Below are positions 63,927-64,000 of a DNA stretch of 64,000 nucleotides, piece by piece (positions within the stretch are counted from its first letter, which is position 1; every line of letters starts with the position of its first letter). The notes beneath the pieces are model-generated. The model saw nothing but the letters and a program-made list of their open reading frames with translations. It did no database searches and was not told where the DNA came from. This DNA is from Thermoplasmata archaeon (GTDB lineage Archaea > Thermoplasmatota > Thermoplasmata > Lutacidiplasmatales > UBA184). A program made the position numbers and the translations under genes. The DNA is taken from NCBI GenBank assembly GCA_035297105.1, contig DATGZO010000012.1:63822-127821 (forward strand). Direction: 5' to 3'.

Positions 63927-64000
63927 GAGGGCAGAGTCGAAGAGGGGACCGAGCCAGAGCGGCCCGAACGGAGCGCCGGTGCCGACGGCGGGTCCCTCCC

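Noticed and set aside
1-64000. CRISPR arrays, IS elements, integrase/transposase genes, rRNA
   Set aside because: No regularly spaced direct repeats, no terminal inverted repeats flanking a transposase-like ORF, and no recombinase motifs in any ORF. No rRNA-like conserved stretches were noticed.

Overview
This window looks like a very GC-rich, densely coded archaeal chromosomal segment; the proteins are not acidic, so it is probably not a haloarchaeon. Archaeal hallmarks are the Orc1/Cdc6 initiator, diphthine synthase, TrmY, aSUI1, Nre, Elp3, isopentenyl phosphate kinase plus type-2 IPP isomerase, archaeal-type SAM synthetase, a Hef-like helicase and leaderless TATA-type promoters. Most of the content is housekeeping. 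It includes a tandem-RHH regulator upstream of a divergent FtsZ-like GTPase, a radical-SAM (possibly Tes-like) enzyme, a thiolase with a DUF35 partner, UbiX, the guaA-A glutamine amidotransferase subunit and a kdpFABC operon followed by a Usp (KdpQ-like) gene. It also carries SerRS, an aldehyde dehydrogenase, a large N-glycosylated surface protein, an F420/LLM oxidoreductase, ABC transporters and a UvrB, LarE, PPC, Lhr repair-flavoured cluster. Three tRNA genes are present: Pro(CGG), Ala(UGC), and a minus-strand tRNA that spans about 161 nt and so must contain intervening sequence. I found no CRISPR array, IS element or integrase. The most unusual signals are listed below. (1) An 18-nt copy of the tRNA-Ala 3' end lies about 440 bp downstream of the intact gene (an att-like direct repeat); downstream of the duplicated copy is an orphan class-III nucleotidyl-cyclase-like gene. 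(2) The DUF35 partner of the thiolase carries an N-terminal HMG-CoA-synthase-like domain with no cysteine at all. (3) A GcvH-like lipoyl-carrier domain is fused to TusA next to a rhodanese. (4) The intron-bearing tRNA. (5) The guaA-A gene has no canonical start codon in front of its conserved N-terminus. (6) A perfect 10-bp inverted repeat sits directly upstream of the RHH gene. Many long ORFs in the six-frame track are GC-driven artefacts overlapping real genes and were discarded.
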